Shown: piece by piece, positions 20,233-29,295 of the stretch | Layout: each line of letters begins with the position of its first letter | Position numbering within the stretch: the first letter of the stretch is position 1 | Assembly: GCA_043808155.1 (NCBI GenBank) | Contig: JAZDFD010000006.1 | Span: 1-44,176 of the forward strand | Source of the DNA: Candidatus Iainarchaeum sp. | GTDB taxonomy: Archaea; Iainarchaeota; Iainarchaeia; Iainarchaeales; JAZDFD01 | Reading direction: 5' to 3' | Length of the DNA: 44,176 nucleotides | Position numbers and translations under genes: made by a program | The notes under the pieces: model-generated | Told to the model about the DNA's origin: nothing | What the model saw: only the letters and a program-made list of their open reading frames with translations | The model's database searches: none

Positions 20233-21129
20233 ATGGAGAAAAAAGAAGTAGAAAACTACATAAAAGCAGGTAAAATACTGCAGGAAGTGCAGAAAAAGGC
20301 TAAAAAAACCATTAAGCCAGGGCAGAAACTGCTTGAAATTGCGTTAGAAATAGAGAAACACATAGAGACCCTAGGCGGGAAACCAGCATTCCCAGCAAAC
20401 CTTTCCCGAAATAATGAGGCAGCTCATTATTCACCCTCATCAGACGATAAATTAGTTCTGAAAGAGTCAGATGTAATGAAAGTGGATCTGGGAGTTCATG
20501 TTGAAGGCTATATTGCAGATGCTTCTTTTACGCTTAATTTCTCCAATGAACACAGCAAAATGATTGAAGCTTCAGAGAAAGCACTGGAAAATGCTTTAAG
20601 TAAAATTAAAGTTGGAGCTAAATTAAGCGATATTGGAAAAGAGATTGAAACTACAATAAAAAAGGCAGGTTTTAATCCAATTCAGAATCTAAGCGGACAT
20701 GGATTGGGAAAGTTTCAGTGTCACACAATTCCAACAATTCCGAATTATGAAACAAGAGATGAACGCATTTTAGAAGATGGCATGGCTATTGCAATTGAGC
20801 CATTTGCAACAGACGGGAAAGGATTTGTTAAAGAAGCCCCTCAAAGTGAAATTTTTGGTTTAAATGAGCCAAAAAATGTGAGAAATATGCAGGCGAGGAA
20901 AATACTTGAGTTTATATTGGATGAGTACGATACTTTGCCTTTTGCTGAAAGATGGATTTCAAACAAAATGAAGATGTCAGAATTTCAGAGAAAGGTTGCA
21001 ATGCGTGAATTAATTTCTAAAAACTGCATAAAGGCATTCCCTATTTTAAGGGAGCAACCTGACAAAATAGTTACTCAGGCAGAAACATCTGTGATTTTAC
21101 ACGATGGAAAAGTAATTATAACAGTTTGA
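20233..21129 (+). CDS. map: Methionine aminopeptidase type II
   Basis: PAFP, AAHYSP, KVDLGVHVEGYIAD, NLSGHGL, AIEPFAT, QAETSV. Confidence 0.97.
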   Translation: MEKKEVENYIKAGKILQEVQKKAKKTIKPGQKLLEIALEIEKHIETLGGKPAFPANLSRNNEAAHYSPSSDDKLVLKESDVMKVDLGVHVEGYIADASFTLNFSNEHSKMIEASEKALENALSKIKVGAKLSDIGKEIETTIKKAGFNPIQNLSGHGLGKFQCHTIPTIPNYETRDERILEDGMAIAIEPFATDGKGFVKEAPQSEIFGLNEPKNVRNMQARKILEFILDEYDTLPFAERWISNKMKMSEFQRKVAMRELISKNCIKAFPILREQPDKIVTQAETSVILHDGKVIITV

Positions 21130-21142
21130 ACATAATCTGAGA

Positions 21143-22147
21143 ATGGATATGGAAATCAATCCCCAATATAGTGCGAGATATGCGCTAATTGGGGTTTCAG
21201 TTTTTGTTAGTGTTATGCTTTGGGCATTCTTTTTAGGTTTAGTCGGGAATTTGATTACTAGTTTTTTGGATTTTGAACTTGAGACACTTATCTCACAACT
21301 AATGTCATTTAATTTTATTTTGTTTTTGATTTTCTTTCCACTAACTTATGCACTAATAACTGCATTTCAGATGAAATTCAAGAAATTTGAAGTTTTATTG
21401 TTTTCATTTGCGGGTGTTGTTATTGCAATGTTTATGTCTGCATTACTTTTCTCAGCGTTGTTAGGTTATAGTCTTTTGATTCCATTTTATTTGATTTCAG
21501 TATTTTTAGTTAATGAAATTTCAGATTTGAGATTTAAAGAACTGAAAGGCTGGAAGGTTTTTAGAACCGCGAGTAAAGGTGTCGGAATGGGAATTTCAGT
21601 TCTTGCAGTTGGGTTTTTGTTTTTTGGAGTTGTTACTTTGCTTCCAAACAATGCGGATAATGTGAAAGAAATTGAAGATAAATTTATTAGTGAAATTACG
21701 AACAGTATTTCAGATGATGATATTGCAAGTCAATATGCAGATACATCTGCAGAGTTATTTATTGCTGGTCAGAAATCAGTTATTGATGAAATAACAGATA
21801 CGCCACAATATGATGCAACAGAAGATTTACAGCTTAAAACTGCGATTGATGCAGTGGATAATGAAATAAATTCAAAAAAATATCAAAATACTGTTAAAGA
21901 AGAATATGCTAATGCACTCGCTGAAAATCAAAGTGATATTAGAGAAAAAATAGATGTTATAGATGTGATGAAAAAACAGTTTCCATTCATTAAAATTCTC
22001 GAGAACTTTGCATGGGCTTTCCAGTCATTAGTTCTTGCATCAAGTTTCATGTTTTTCGGGACTTTCATCTTCAGGCCACTTGGCGTGATTTACGGAGTGA
22101 TTATTGGAAAGATTCTTTTGAGTTCGGGTTCTGGAAAAACACAATAA
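21143..22147 (+). CDS. Multi-pass membrane protein with large soluble loop
   Basis: About 6 hydrophobic segments. Confidence 0.85.
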   Translation: MDMEINPQYSARYALIGVSVFVSVMLWAFFLGLVGNLITSFLDFELETLISQLMSFNFILFLIFFPLTYALITAFQMKFKKFEVLLFSFAGVVIAMFMSALLFSALLGYSLLIPFYLISVFLVNEISDLRFKELKGWKVFRTASKGVGMGISVLAVGFLFFGVVTLLPNNADNVKEIEDKFISEITNSISDDDIASQYADTSAELFIAGQKSVIDEITDTPQYDATEDLQLKTAIDAVDNEINSKKYQNTVKEEYANALAENQSDIREKIDVIDVMKKQFPFIKILENFAWAFQSLVLASSFMFFGTFIFRPLGVIYGVIIGKILLSSGSGKTQ

Positions 22148-22180
22148 TCAAATTTATAAGCTAACTCATTCTAGAAGTAT

Positions 22181-22252
22181 ATGCGAAGTATGTGCGAACT
22201 CAAAGTGAGCTAGTGCTGCCGAAGGCGCACTCAAGCTCGAGGATTGAGCCTC
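22181..22252 (+). repeat. Structured tRNA-Arg 5' leader made of tRNA-associated hairpin modules
   Basis: GC-rich; contains GCGAACTCAAAGTGAGC and AGTGCTGCCGAAGGCGCAC, which recur near tRNA-Glu and tRNA-Thr. Lies between TATA-like TTTATAAG (22153) and the tRNA. Confidence 0.7.
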
Positions 22253-22324
22253 GCCCCCGTAGTATAATGGACAGAATGTTAGCTTGCGGAGCTTGAGATC
22301 TGGGTTCGATTCCCAGCGGGGGCG
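22253..22324 (+). tRNA. tRNA-Arg(GCG)
   Basis: Cloverleaf GCCCCCG/CGGGGGC, anticodon loop TT-GCG-GA, T loop GTTCGAT. Confidence 0.95.
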
Positions 22325-22332
22325 AATTTTAA

Positions 22333-22352
22333 TTCACCGGAAATTTACTCTT
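22333..22352 (+). promoter_or_regulatory. Conserved motif upstream of LAGLIDADG gene (copy 1)
   Basis: TTCACCGGAAATTTACTCTT, 58 nt before ATG; 18/20 identical to copy 3. Confidence 0.65.
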
Positions 22353-22390
22353 ACAAGTTCTTTAAAAATAAGAAAATTACAAATTTTATT

Positions 22391-23368
22391 ATGCTGGGAG
22401 AGTTTGACTTATTAGATTTGCATAATAGTGACGATATTGTACTTCGGAGATGTATTCGCGCATATACTATTATTCCAAAATATGTGAAAAATCCAACTGA
22501 AAAGAATTTCAAGGCGCAGAAAATTGTTAAGATTTTAAGACAAATAAATTCTAAGCTTAGAAAAGAAATTGGGCTGAGTTGGAAAGATCAATGGATTGAT
22601 AAATTACCTTTTGAAATGAAACGAACAAGTCCAAAAGAATGGTTTTTAGGAAGGGCTTCAATACCCTTAATTGCAATAACTAAACTAAATGAATTTGGTT
22701 GTGAAACAGAAGTTGAAGAAATCAAAAAACATCTAGATTATTTGTGTAGCACAACAGGTACTGTTGCAAAAAGTCCTAAAAAAGTTTCAAAAGAACTTGC
22801 TTGGTTTGTTGCAACAATACTTTGTGATGGGCATATGACAAAAAATGAAAGTAGACTTAGTTTTAGCTTAAGCGATAAACAATTAATTAAAAAAATTGGC
22901 GGGGTTTTTAACAAACTTTTTGAACTTGAAGGTCGGACTGTCAAAATCAAAGATAAACCGCAGTGTGTAAAACCACAATATGGATTGGATGGTAACAACA
23001 AAATTATTATTCGTTTTCTAAATAAATTTTGTGAGATTCCCGTGGGTAAAAAATGCGATATTATACTTGTGCCCGAAATAATTAAACAAGCACCACCAGA
23101 AATCAAAAGAGCATTTTTAAAAGGAGTTTTTGATACCGACGGAGGAAAACGGAGTGGTGGTCTAGGTTTAACAAGTGCATCAAAAAAATTCAGGGATCAA
23201 AACCTTGAGCTTCTTAAAGAATTCGGTATTAAATCTTACAAAGACGAATGGATCAATAAGCTATATAATAAAAAGTATTATGGTCTCAAATTTAAAATAG
23301 ACTCAAATTCAGAATTTTTATGCAGGCGTCGGATAGTGGCAATTCCGTCAGGTTTAGGGGAGTATTAA
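22391..23368 (+). CDS. Free-standing two-motif LAGLIDADG homing endonuclease-family protein
   Basis: LAWFVATILCDG and AFLKGVFDTDGG motifs; 3' end reads into tRNA-Leu. Confidence 0.85.
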   Translation: MLGEFDLLDLHNSDDIVLRRCIRAYTIIPKYVKNPTEKNFKAQKIVKILRQINSKLRKEIGLSWKDQWIDKLPFEMKRTSPKEWFLGRASIPLIAITKLNEFGCETEVEEIKKHLDYLCSTTGTVAKSPKKVSKELAWFVATILCDGHMTKNESRLSFSLSDKQLIKKIGGVFNKLFELEGRTVKIKDKPQCVKPQYGLDGNNKIIIRFLNKFCEIPVGKKCDIILVPEIIKQAPPEIKRAFLKGVFDTDGGKRSGGLGLTSASKKFRDQNLELLKEFGIKSYKDEWINKLYNKKYYGLKFKIDSNSEFLCRRRIVAIPSGLGEY

Positions 23369-23440
23369 GTCGTTTTTGATTTTTATTCTGAAACACCTGA
23401 TCCCTTAGTGGGTTCGCAGGTTCGAGTCCTGCCGCCTGCA
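23322..23440 (+). tRNA. tRNA-Leu(TAG) with 36-nt canonical 37/38 intron (23359..23394)
   Basis: GCAGGCG/CGCCTGC acceptor stem, long variable arm. BHB: TTTA/TGAA helix, bulges GG|G and AC|A. Confidence 0.92.
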
Positions 23441-23448
23441 TTATTAAG

Positions 23449-23527
23449 ATGCGAGCGAAGCGAGCTATTACGACTGAAAGTCGTACACGCACTCGCCGGA
23501 CGTGACGGCGGAATCCTGCCTCCTGCA
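23449..23527 (+). repeat. tRNA-linked hairpin element followed by a duplicate of the tRNA-Leu 3' end
   Basis: GCGAGCGAAGCGAGC...GCACTCGCCGGACGTGACGGCG, then GAATCCTGCCTCCTGCA (tRNA has GAGTCCTGCCGCCTGCA). Confidence 0.75.
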
Positions 23528-23601
23528 AAAAAACCAAAAAATTATAAAAATAAAAGTAGCCCATTAATCATCTGACTAAAAGAACATATTTCCAATAACT
23601 T

Positions 23602-24288
23602 TCATTGTATTGGTTTTACGGGTATTTGGCTGTAACCGCCACCCGTGTTCTGAATATTCTGCAGGCAGTTTTGTTTCTGGCTTTCATTTGTTATCTTGTC
23701 ACAATATGAAGAGTCTCCGAGTCTCATTGCCATGTTAAAATAGCAACTGTCCTTCATGCTGATGCTCTTTATTTCGTTGCAGAGTTCCGGATCTAAAAGC
23801 TCGCTTGCTAAATTACTATAGCAGTTTTCTCTGTAGTTAATTTCACTTATTTTGTCGCAAATTAAGGCATCCTTCTTGTCCCTTGCATACTGTTCATAGC
23901 ACCTGTCTGCATCTGTTCCTGCTTCCGAGCATATATCCGCGTCATTCTTCAATTCAGCCACTAGTACATAGCAGTTTGTTCGCTGGTCTCTACTCACTTC
24001 TTTGCAAATGGAAGCATTTTCGTATTTGCCTGCAATCCCCATTATGCAGGAATCCTCAAATGGAAACGCCTGAGTTGAGGGCATTCCGGAACAAACTTCC
24101 AGGTCTTTTTCCTCCTGTGTTAGCTCTTTTGTTGTCGCAGTAGTTGCAGGGCACAATGTTGGATCTGTTACTGTTGTTGTACCATCCGCACACACATACT
24201 TGATTGCAGAATCAGAAGTGGTTTGTGTGCAGCCAGCTAGAAGAAGAGTTAACCCCAATGCCAACATTAAATAGGATATATTCACCAA
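23602..24288 (-). CDS. Secreted lipoprotein-like protein with Cys-rich repeats (C-x-x-I...CY)
   Basis: LLAGC lipobox-like signal; about 5 tandem disulfide repeats. Confidence 0.85.
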   Translation of the reverse strand: MVNISYLMLALGLTLLLAGCTQTTSDSAIKYVCADGTTTVTDPTLCPATTATTKELTQEEKDLEVCSGMPSTQAFPFEDSCIMGIAGKYENASICKEVSRDQRTNCYVLVAELKNDADICSEAGTDADRCYEQYARDKKDALICDKISEINYRENCYSNLASELLDPELCNEIKSISMKDSCYFNMAMRLGDSSYCDKITNESQKQNCLQNIQNTGGGYSQIPVKPIQ

Positions 24289-24474
24289 ATCACTGTTTAG
24301 TAATATCTTTTAAGAGCTTAAAAACATATGGTTTCTAAATTTTTGTGAAATTTGCTTAAGAGCGCCATCACACAAACCTACGTCTCATATTCACCATCCT
24401 GCCTCTTGCATTACGTTTATATTGGAAAGCTACTTATATACTTCAAATAAATTCAATTTAGGGAGGGTTAGAAA

Positions 24475-24630
24475 ATGCCTGTAAAAAAACCGTTTGGTGG
24501 ATATGAAGTTTCATTCAAAGGATGCACTGACACTATGGAAAGTGTATTTGGATCAAAAGGAATTCCACCAAGTGAAATGACAAAAAAGCTCTGGGCTTAT
24601 GTTAAAAGTAAAAAAATAGCAGGGAAGTAA
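24475..24630 (+). CDS. 51-aa SWIB/MDM2-like mini-protein (not in ORF track)
   Basis: MPVKKPFGG...IPPSEMTKKLWAYVKSKKIAGK; GGAGGG SD; KKLWAY(V/I)K is SWIB-like. Confidence 0.7.
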   Translation: MPVKKPFGGYEVSFKGCTDTMESVFGSKGIPPSEMTKKLWAYVKSKKIAGK

Positions 24631-24645
24631 TTCCCTGACTTATTT

Positions 24646-25011
24646 TTATTGCAAATTGCAATTAGATGCAGATGCAAGAGATTGCAGTTGTTGCGTTCCT
24701 CTGTATTCTAAACCATTTATTTTCCAAGTAGGATAACCAGTTACACCTTCACTATTGCAAACTGATTTTTGCTGATCACAGTCAACGTAATTTACAAATT
24801 GGAATGAAGTTCCAAACATGTCTTTTTGATTTTTGCAGTTGTGACACCATTCAGTTCCATACATCACCACCCCATTTGCAGTTAAACATTGTGCGAATTC
24901 ATTCAGATCGCCAGGTGTTGCTGACCAGTTAATGTAACTTATTACAACAAAAGCAACTATTGCAATTCCGGTTATTCCTAAAACTGCATAAAGAGCTTTT
25001 TTCTTATCCAT
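24646..25011 (-). CDS. Membrane-anchored thioredoxin-fold protein
   Basis: MYGTEWCHNC (CxxC), GYPTW cis-Pro motif, N-terminal TM helix. Confidence 0.88.
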   Translation of the reverse strand: MDKKKALYAVLGITGIAIVAFVVISYINWSATPGDLNEFAQCLTANGVVMYGTEWCHNCKNQKDMFGTSFQFVNYVDCDQQKSVCNSEGVTGYPTWKINGLEYRGTQQLQSLASASNCNLQ

Positions 25012-25015
25012 TGTA

Positions 25016-25306
25016 TTACCTCAAACTCCAATTGTTTTGAATTAGTTCTGAAAGTTTAGGCATTATAATTATCAAAGCCCAAATTGCAGTTATTGAAAAT
25101 GTGATTACAAATCCTAAAAGTAAATCATTTGCCAGATTTTCACTAATTAAGAATAATTCATTATTCCAAAAATGATCAACTATTCCAAAAAGAGAACCAC
25201 CTAAAAACATAAGAGACAACCAGTGGAGATTTTGATTTTCCGGTTGCTTTTTTTTCAAACTATGTGCAAATAAAAATACTACTGCGGGAACGATATAACA
25301 GGTCAT
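25016..25306 (-). CDS. Small membrane protein
   Basis: 3 hydrophobic segments, GIVDHFWN motif, GGAGG SD. Confidence 0.8.
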   Translation of the reverse strand: MTCYIVPAVVFLFAHSLKKKQPENQNLHWLSLMFLGGSLFGIVDHFWNNELFLISENLANDLLLGFVITFSITAIWALIIIMPKLSELIQNNWSLR

Positions 25307-25344
25307 ATTAAAGCCTCCTAAATGATGTATTATTTAAATGAAAT

Positions 25345-25977
25345 TTATTTAAGAATCTTTCCGGTTTCCATATACCACAAATATAAGTCAAGTTCTGCCT
25401 GTGTCAGGTTTGATTTTTGTGCGATTTTTGCAAGTGTTTTTTCAATTTCGATATATACTTTTGGAGTTAATGTTTTTGATTTTTGAATTATTTTGTATTT
25501 CACTAACAAATCAATAATATGGAAATCAACTATTGCCAGATTTTCATAACCTATGTTTCTGAGGAAGTGACTTGCTTCTTTAAAACCCAGACCTTTTATG
25601 TTCTTTACAACCCATTCACGAAGTTCGAATTCATTCTGGGAGGAGAACATAATTTTTCTCAGTGAGCTTTTATGTTTTCTTGCTTCTGCTATGTGTTCTG
25701 CTCGTTTGTTGGGAAATCTATGGCCTAATGATTTGAGTTTTTTTACCAGCTGTGGTTTTGTAAGAGTTATGAAACCATCTTTGATTTCAGTCTGAATTTT
25801 TATTGCAGGTTCTGCACTGTAATTTGCAGTTAAAATACAAAAACAGAGCTCTTTGAAAAGCTCATTGTTTGATTTTGTACCCAGTTTTTTGAATTCTTTG
25901 ATTTTTGAATCTACTTGGGATTTTATTTTTGTTCTTTTAAGTTTTTGTAAATCTCTGGTAAGGTTATTGTAAGTCAT
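25345..25977 (-). CDS. ogg: 8-oxoguanine DNA glycosylase/AP lyase (Ogg2 type)
   Basis: ELCFCILTAN, HhH KGLGFKEASHFLRNIG, AIVDFHI. Confidence 0.92.
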   Translation of the reverse strand: MTYNNLTRDLQKLKRTKIKSQVDSKIKEFKKLGTKSNNELFKELCFCILTANYSAEPAIKIQTEIKDGFITLTKPQLVKKLKSLGHRFPNKRAEHIAEARKHKSSLRKIMFSSQNEFELREWVVKNIKGLGFKEASHFLRNIGYENLAIVDFHIIDLLVKYKIIQKSKTLTPKVYIEIEKTLAKIAQKSNLTQAELDLYLWYMETGKILK

Positions 25978-25998
25978 TTGAATCCTTGTATTCGGTAT

Positions 25999-26379
25999 TC
26001 ACAATTTTGCTGTCCACAAACCATGCAAATTGCAATATGCTCTTACAGTTAAGTTATCTGCAATTTTACAGAACATTGTTTCGGGTGGCATTCCAGGTTT
26101 TAGGTGTTTTCGGATTGATTTTCCATCTGCAACTAATTCAACCCATTCAATGTAATGTTCCTGTGTCATGGGGTGTGGTTCAGACCCTATTTTCACTTTT
26201 ATTTTTCCATTAACTTCTTCAATTACAGGAACATGCTTTTCCTTACTTGCGTCTACGCTGTTTTCTTTTTGCAGTTGCATTGGCTGTCCGCAACAAACTA
26301 ATTGGCCTGCACCTGCGTGAAGCATCTCAACAATGTTTCCGCAGACATTACATTTGTAAATTTCATTCAATTTCGTCAT
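25999..26379 (-). CDS. dfx: Desulfoferrodoxin / superoxide reductase
   Basis: YKCNVCGN, VCCGQPM, EKHVP, HPM...HYIEW, YCNLHGLW. Confidence 0.95.
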   Translation of the reverse strand: MTKLNEIYKCNVCGNIVEMLHAGAGQLVCCGQPMQLQKENSVDASKEKHVPVIEEVNGKIKVKIGSEPHPMTQEHYIEWVELVADGKSIRKHLKPGMPPETMFCKIADNLTVRAYCNLHGLWTAKL

Positions 26380-26386
26380 TTTATCA

Positions 26387-26908
26387 CTACTTTAATCTAT
26401 CGCCTGAAAGGTTTAAGTGATCAGTTTCTATCTGAACAATTGCTGCAAATAATGTTTTCACTCTTTTATTTTCTGATTCTTGTGCTGCTTTTTTGTAAAA
26501 ATTAATTGCACGCTCTTCTCTTGTGTGAGATTCTTTCAAGTTGTCAGTATTTGCAATTGCACATTTTAATGATTTTTCAGTTTGTTCTTTTGGTAATTTG
26601 AGAATTTTTCTCCATATTATTGCATGTTCTGTTTCAACTTTTGCTAAAGCTTTGAACAACTGTTTGCCTTCTGCATCGTCTGTTTTTTCTGCAGCACACA
26701 AATAAAAAGCTGTGTTGTCAATTTCTAAACCTAATGCAGTTTCTACATTTTTTTTATCGGTTTCATTTAGTTTTACATCAAAAGTTTCATTGTAATCTTT
26801 TGCTTCCACTATGAATTTTTCATAGGCACCACAAAACGGACATCGGCTTGGTGCATGTTCCCCAATATAAGGATCTCCGCAAATTCTGCATCTAAATAAT
26901 TTAATCAT
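26387..26908 (-). CDS. Rubrerythrin-like protein (N-terminal rubredoxin + ferritin-like domain)
   Basis: CRICG...CPFCG; ExxH diiron motifs (ETEH, ETDH). Confidence 0.88.
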   Translation of the reverse strand: MIKLFRCRICGDPYIGEHAPSRCPFCGAYEKFIVEAKDYNETFDVKLNETDKKNVETALGLEIDNTAFYLCAAEKTDDAEGKQLFKALAKVETEHAIIWRKILKLPKEQTEKSLKCAIANTDNLKESHTREERAINFYKKAAQESENKRVKTLFAAIVQIETDHLNLSGDRLK

Positions 26909-26916
26909 ACAATCAC

Positions 26917-26988
26917 CTATTTTTCCTTTTTAACTGGTTTTTTAACTGGTTTCTTTTCAGCTCCGCAACAACAACAATCTCCGCCCAT
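26917..26988 (-). CDS. 23-aa Cys-rich leader/mini peptide MGGDCCCCGAEKKPVKKPVKKEK (not in ORF track)
   Basis: AAGGAGGG SD; stop overlaps the GGTGA SD of the rubrerythrin gene. Confidence 0.6.
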   Translation of the reverse strand: MGGDCCCCGAEKKPVKKPVKKEK

Positions 26989-27055
26989 AATTAATCCCTC
27001 CTTAGGCAGAATAAAATACAAAATAGATTAAATAGTTATGCTGCTCTTCTGCACA

Positions 27056-27445
27056 TTATCGTCTTCGCATTAAAGGTAATTTTCTTTTTTGTGCATCCTT
27101 TAATGCAATTGCGGCTCTTGTTATTCTGCCTTTTAACCCGCCAGTTGTATGTATTTCTTGCATTTCACGAGCATTGAGATTATGCAATGCTGTTTGAAAA
27201 GCAGGATCGATAACATTCTGAGCTCTCAAAAAATCGATTGCGCTAGTTAAGGCAACATTCTGTTCTGGAAACTCCCATTGTTTTGCGCCTTTTTTAATTT
27301 TTTCAGCCATTTCGGGATCGTTAAGATGTTGAAATAAGTCTGCTTTCAAATCTCGTCCCATTTGCTGGCTTAGTTTCCTTAAATCTACCCCCTGTACTTT
27401 CAATTTTTCAACCAGTGCTTCAAAATCTTTCTTAGCTAATACCAT
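27056..27445 (-). CDS. Small orphan protein with basic C-terminus
   Basis: GTGA SD-like site; ends PLMRRR. Confidence 0.7.
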   Translation of the reverse strand: MVLAKKDFEALVEKLKVQGVDLRKLSQQMGRDLKADLFQHLNDPEMAEKIKKGAKQWEFPEQNVALTSAIDFLRAQNVIDPAFQTALHNLNAREMQEIHTTGGLKGRITRAAIALKDAQKRKLPLMRRR

Positions 27446-27545
27446 ACAATCACTAATTAAATTAAGAATCCAAACTATTTAATCATTGCTCTTTGACAGC
27501 AAAGTAAGAGATAAGTATTTAAATACTACATGGGAAAAGTAAGTT

Positions 27546-27656
27546 ATGAGATTTGAAGATAGTGATTTAGTTCATCTGCTTCGATTCAAATCAGATGATG
27601 AAGAAGAAGATGATAATGAAGAGGAAGAAGAATTCGACGAAGAATTCTGCTCTTAA
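27546..27656 (+). CDS. 36-aa acidic peptide (putative)
   Basis: MRFEDSDLVHLLRFKSDDEEEDDNEEEEEFDEEFCS, downstream of TATA-like TTTAAATA. Confidence 0.45.
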   Translation: MRFEDSDLVHLLRFKSDDEEEDDNEEEEEFDEEFCS

Positions 27657-27733
27657 AGTCCTCGGTTCAATTAGCGGAAGCTTCAAATACCTTTCTTATT
27701 CTAATTTTTTCAAGTCTAAAAGTTTTAATGACT

Positions 27734-27856
27734 GGCTGCAGTGGTCTAATGGTATGATTCAGGACTGTGGAAACCTTTTCTTTTCGAAGAAAAGCTTTAC
27801 CAAAAGAAAACAGTTGCAGGTATCCTGTGAAGCGGGTCCGATTCCCGCCTGTGGCC
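27734..27856 (+). tRNA. tRNA-His(GTG) with encoded G-1 and 51-nt 37/38 intron (27771..27821)
   Basis: GCTGCAG/CTGTGGC acceptor stem, C73. BHB: CTGT/GCAG helix, bulges GG|A and GT|A. Confidence 0.92.
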
Positions 27857-27882
27857 CTGCCCGATTCCGATTGGGCGTACCG

Positions 27883-27925
27883 GAATATGTGCAGGATTTC
27901 GTTACACTCAATCCTGCGATAATAT
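27883..27925. repeat. Hairpin repeat (GCAGGATT...AATCCTGC); inverted copy of a segment of the tRNA-Tyr intron
   Basis: 37/43 nt identical to the reverse complement of 43652..43694. Confidence 0.8.
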
Positions 27926-28011
27926 CTGATTCTGAAAGTGAGTTAGTTCATCTCTGATTTGTTTTTTAGGGAAAACATAAATAGTAAAACTGCATTAATA
28001 ATGGTGAAACC

Positions 28012-29295
28012 ATGGAACTAATAAATGCAAAAGGAACAAAGGATCTGATGCCGGAAGAGAAAATTGTAGTGGAAACTCTGAAAAGTAAATTAGTTGAGAT
28101 TTTTGAGAGATATGGTTTCAATCCTTTGGAAACTCCGCTTATTGAGAAATTGGATGTTCTTTCTTCCAAATACGCAGGCGGGGATGAAATTCTTAAGGAA
28201 ATTTTTGTACTTACAGATCAGGGAAACAGAAAACTTGGTTTGAGATATGATTTGACTGTTCCATTGTCACGCGTTGTCGGCATGAATCCTAATTTGAAGA
28301 TGCCTTTTAAGAGATATCAGTTAGGGAAAGTTTTCAGAGACGGGCCGATTAAAGCAGGAAGATATCGTGAGTTTATTCAGTGTGATGTTGATACTGTTGG
28401 AAGTTCTTCAATGCTTGCGGATGCAGAATTTGTTGCAATTGTACGTGATTTTTTCAGGGAGCTCAATGTTGAAGTTGTGACAAAAGTGAATACTAGAAAA
28501 TTACTGAATGGGATTATTGAGGAAGTTAAAGTTCCGGATTCTAAAAAAATGAAAGTAATACTTGCAATTGATAAGCTTGAGAAGCAGGGAATTAATGTTG
28601 TGAGAAAAGAACTTGAAGATTTGGGAATTTCTGATGACAGAGTTTGCAAAATTGAAGAAATGATTTCAATTAAAGGAAATAATTCAGAAAAACTTGAGAT
28701 GATTAAGAAATTTGTGAAAAATAAAGAGGGACTTGAGGGAATTAAAGAACTTGAAGAGATTGCTAATTATCTGAAATTAATGAAAGTTGATAATTATGAA
28801 TTTGATTTTTCACTTGCGCGTGGTTTAGCGTATTATACAGGAACTGTGTTTGAAGTGTTCGCAAAAAAAAGCAAAGTTTCGGGTGCTCTTGCCGCAGGTG
28901 GAAGATATGACAGAATGATTGCTGAATTTTTAGGCAGAAAAGAAGATGTGCCTGCTGTCGGAATTAGTTTTGGTGTAAGTGCAATAATGGATGCTGTAGA
29001 ATTTGCAGAGAATAAGAAATGTGTTACTCAGATTTATGTGATTCCTATTGGAACTTTGAATGAAAGTGTGAAAATTGTAAATGAATTACGCGGAAAAGGT
29101 CTGAAAGTAGATGTTGATTTGATGTCACGCGGTGTGAGTAAAAATTTGAATTATGCTAATTCTTACAAGATTCCTTTTGTTGCAATTATCGGGGAAAAGG
29201 AACTTAAGCAGAAGAGAATCAATTTGAGAGATATGAAAACAGGGAAGGAACAATTAGTTTCTGTGAAAGACGTTGCTGATTTTCTGAAAAAATAA
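28012..29295 (+). CDS. hisS: Histidine--tRNA ligase
   Basis: KGTKD, LRYDLTVP, GRYREFIQCD, ARGLAYYTG, GGRYD, anticodon-binding domain. Confidence 0.98.
   Translation: MELINAKGTKDLMPEEKIVVETLKSKLVEIFERYGFNPLETPLIEKLDVLSSKYAGGDEILKEIFVLTDQGNRKLGLRYDLTVPLSRVVGMNPNLKMPFKRYQLGKVFRDGPIKAGRYREFIQCDVDTVGSSSMLADAEFVAIVRDFFRELNVEVVTKVNTRKLLNGIIEEVKVPDSKKMKVILAIDKLEKQGINVVRKELEDLGISDDRVCKIEEMISIKGNNSEKLEMIKKFVKNKEGLEGIKELEEIANYLKLMKVDNYEFDFSLARGLAYYTGTVFEVFAKKSKVSGALAAGGRYDRMIAEFLGRKEDVPAVGISFGVSAIMDAVEFAENKKCVTQIYVIPIGTLNESVKIVNELRGKGLKVDVDLMSRGVSKNLNYANSYKIPFVAIIGEKELKQKRINLRDMKTGKEQLVSVKDVADFLKK

Noticed and set aside
27595-27957. 120-aa ORF sharing EYVQDF..NPA with ORF 43506..43787
   Set aside because: Both overlap tRNA genes; the similarity comes from the shared non-coding hairpin repeat.
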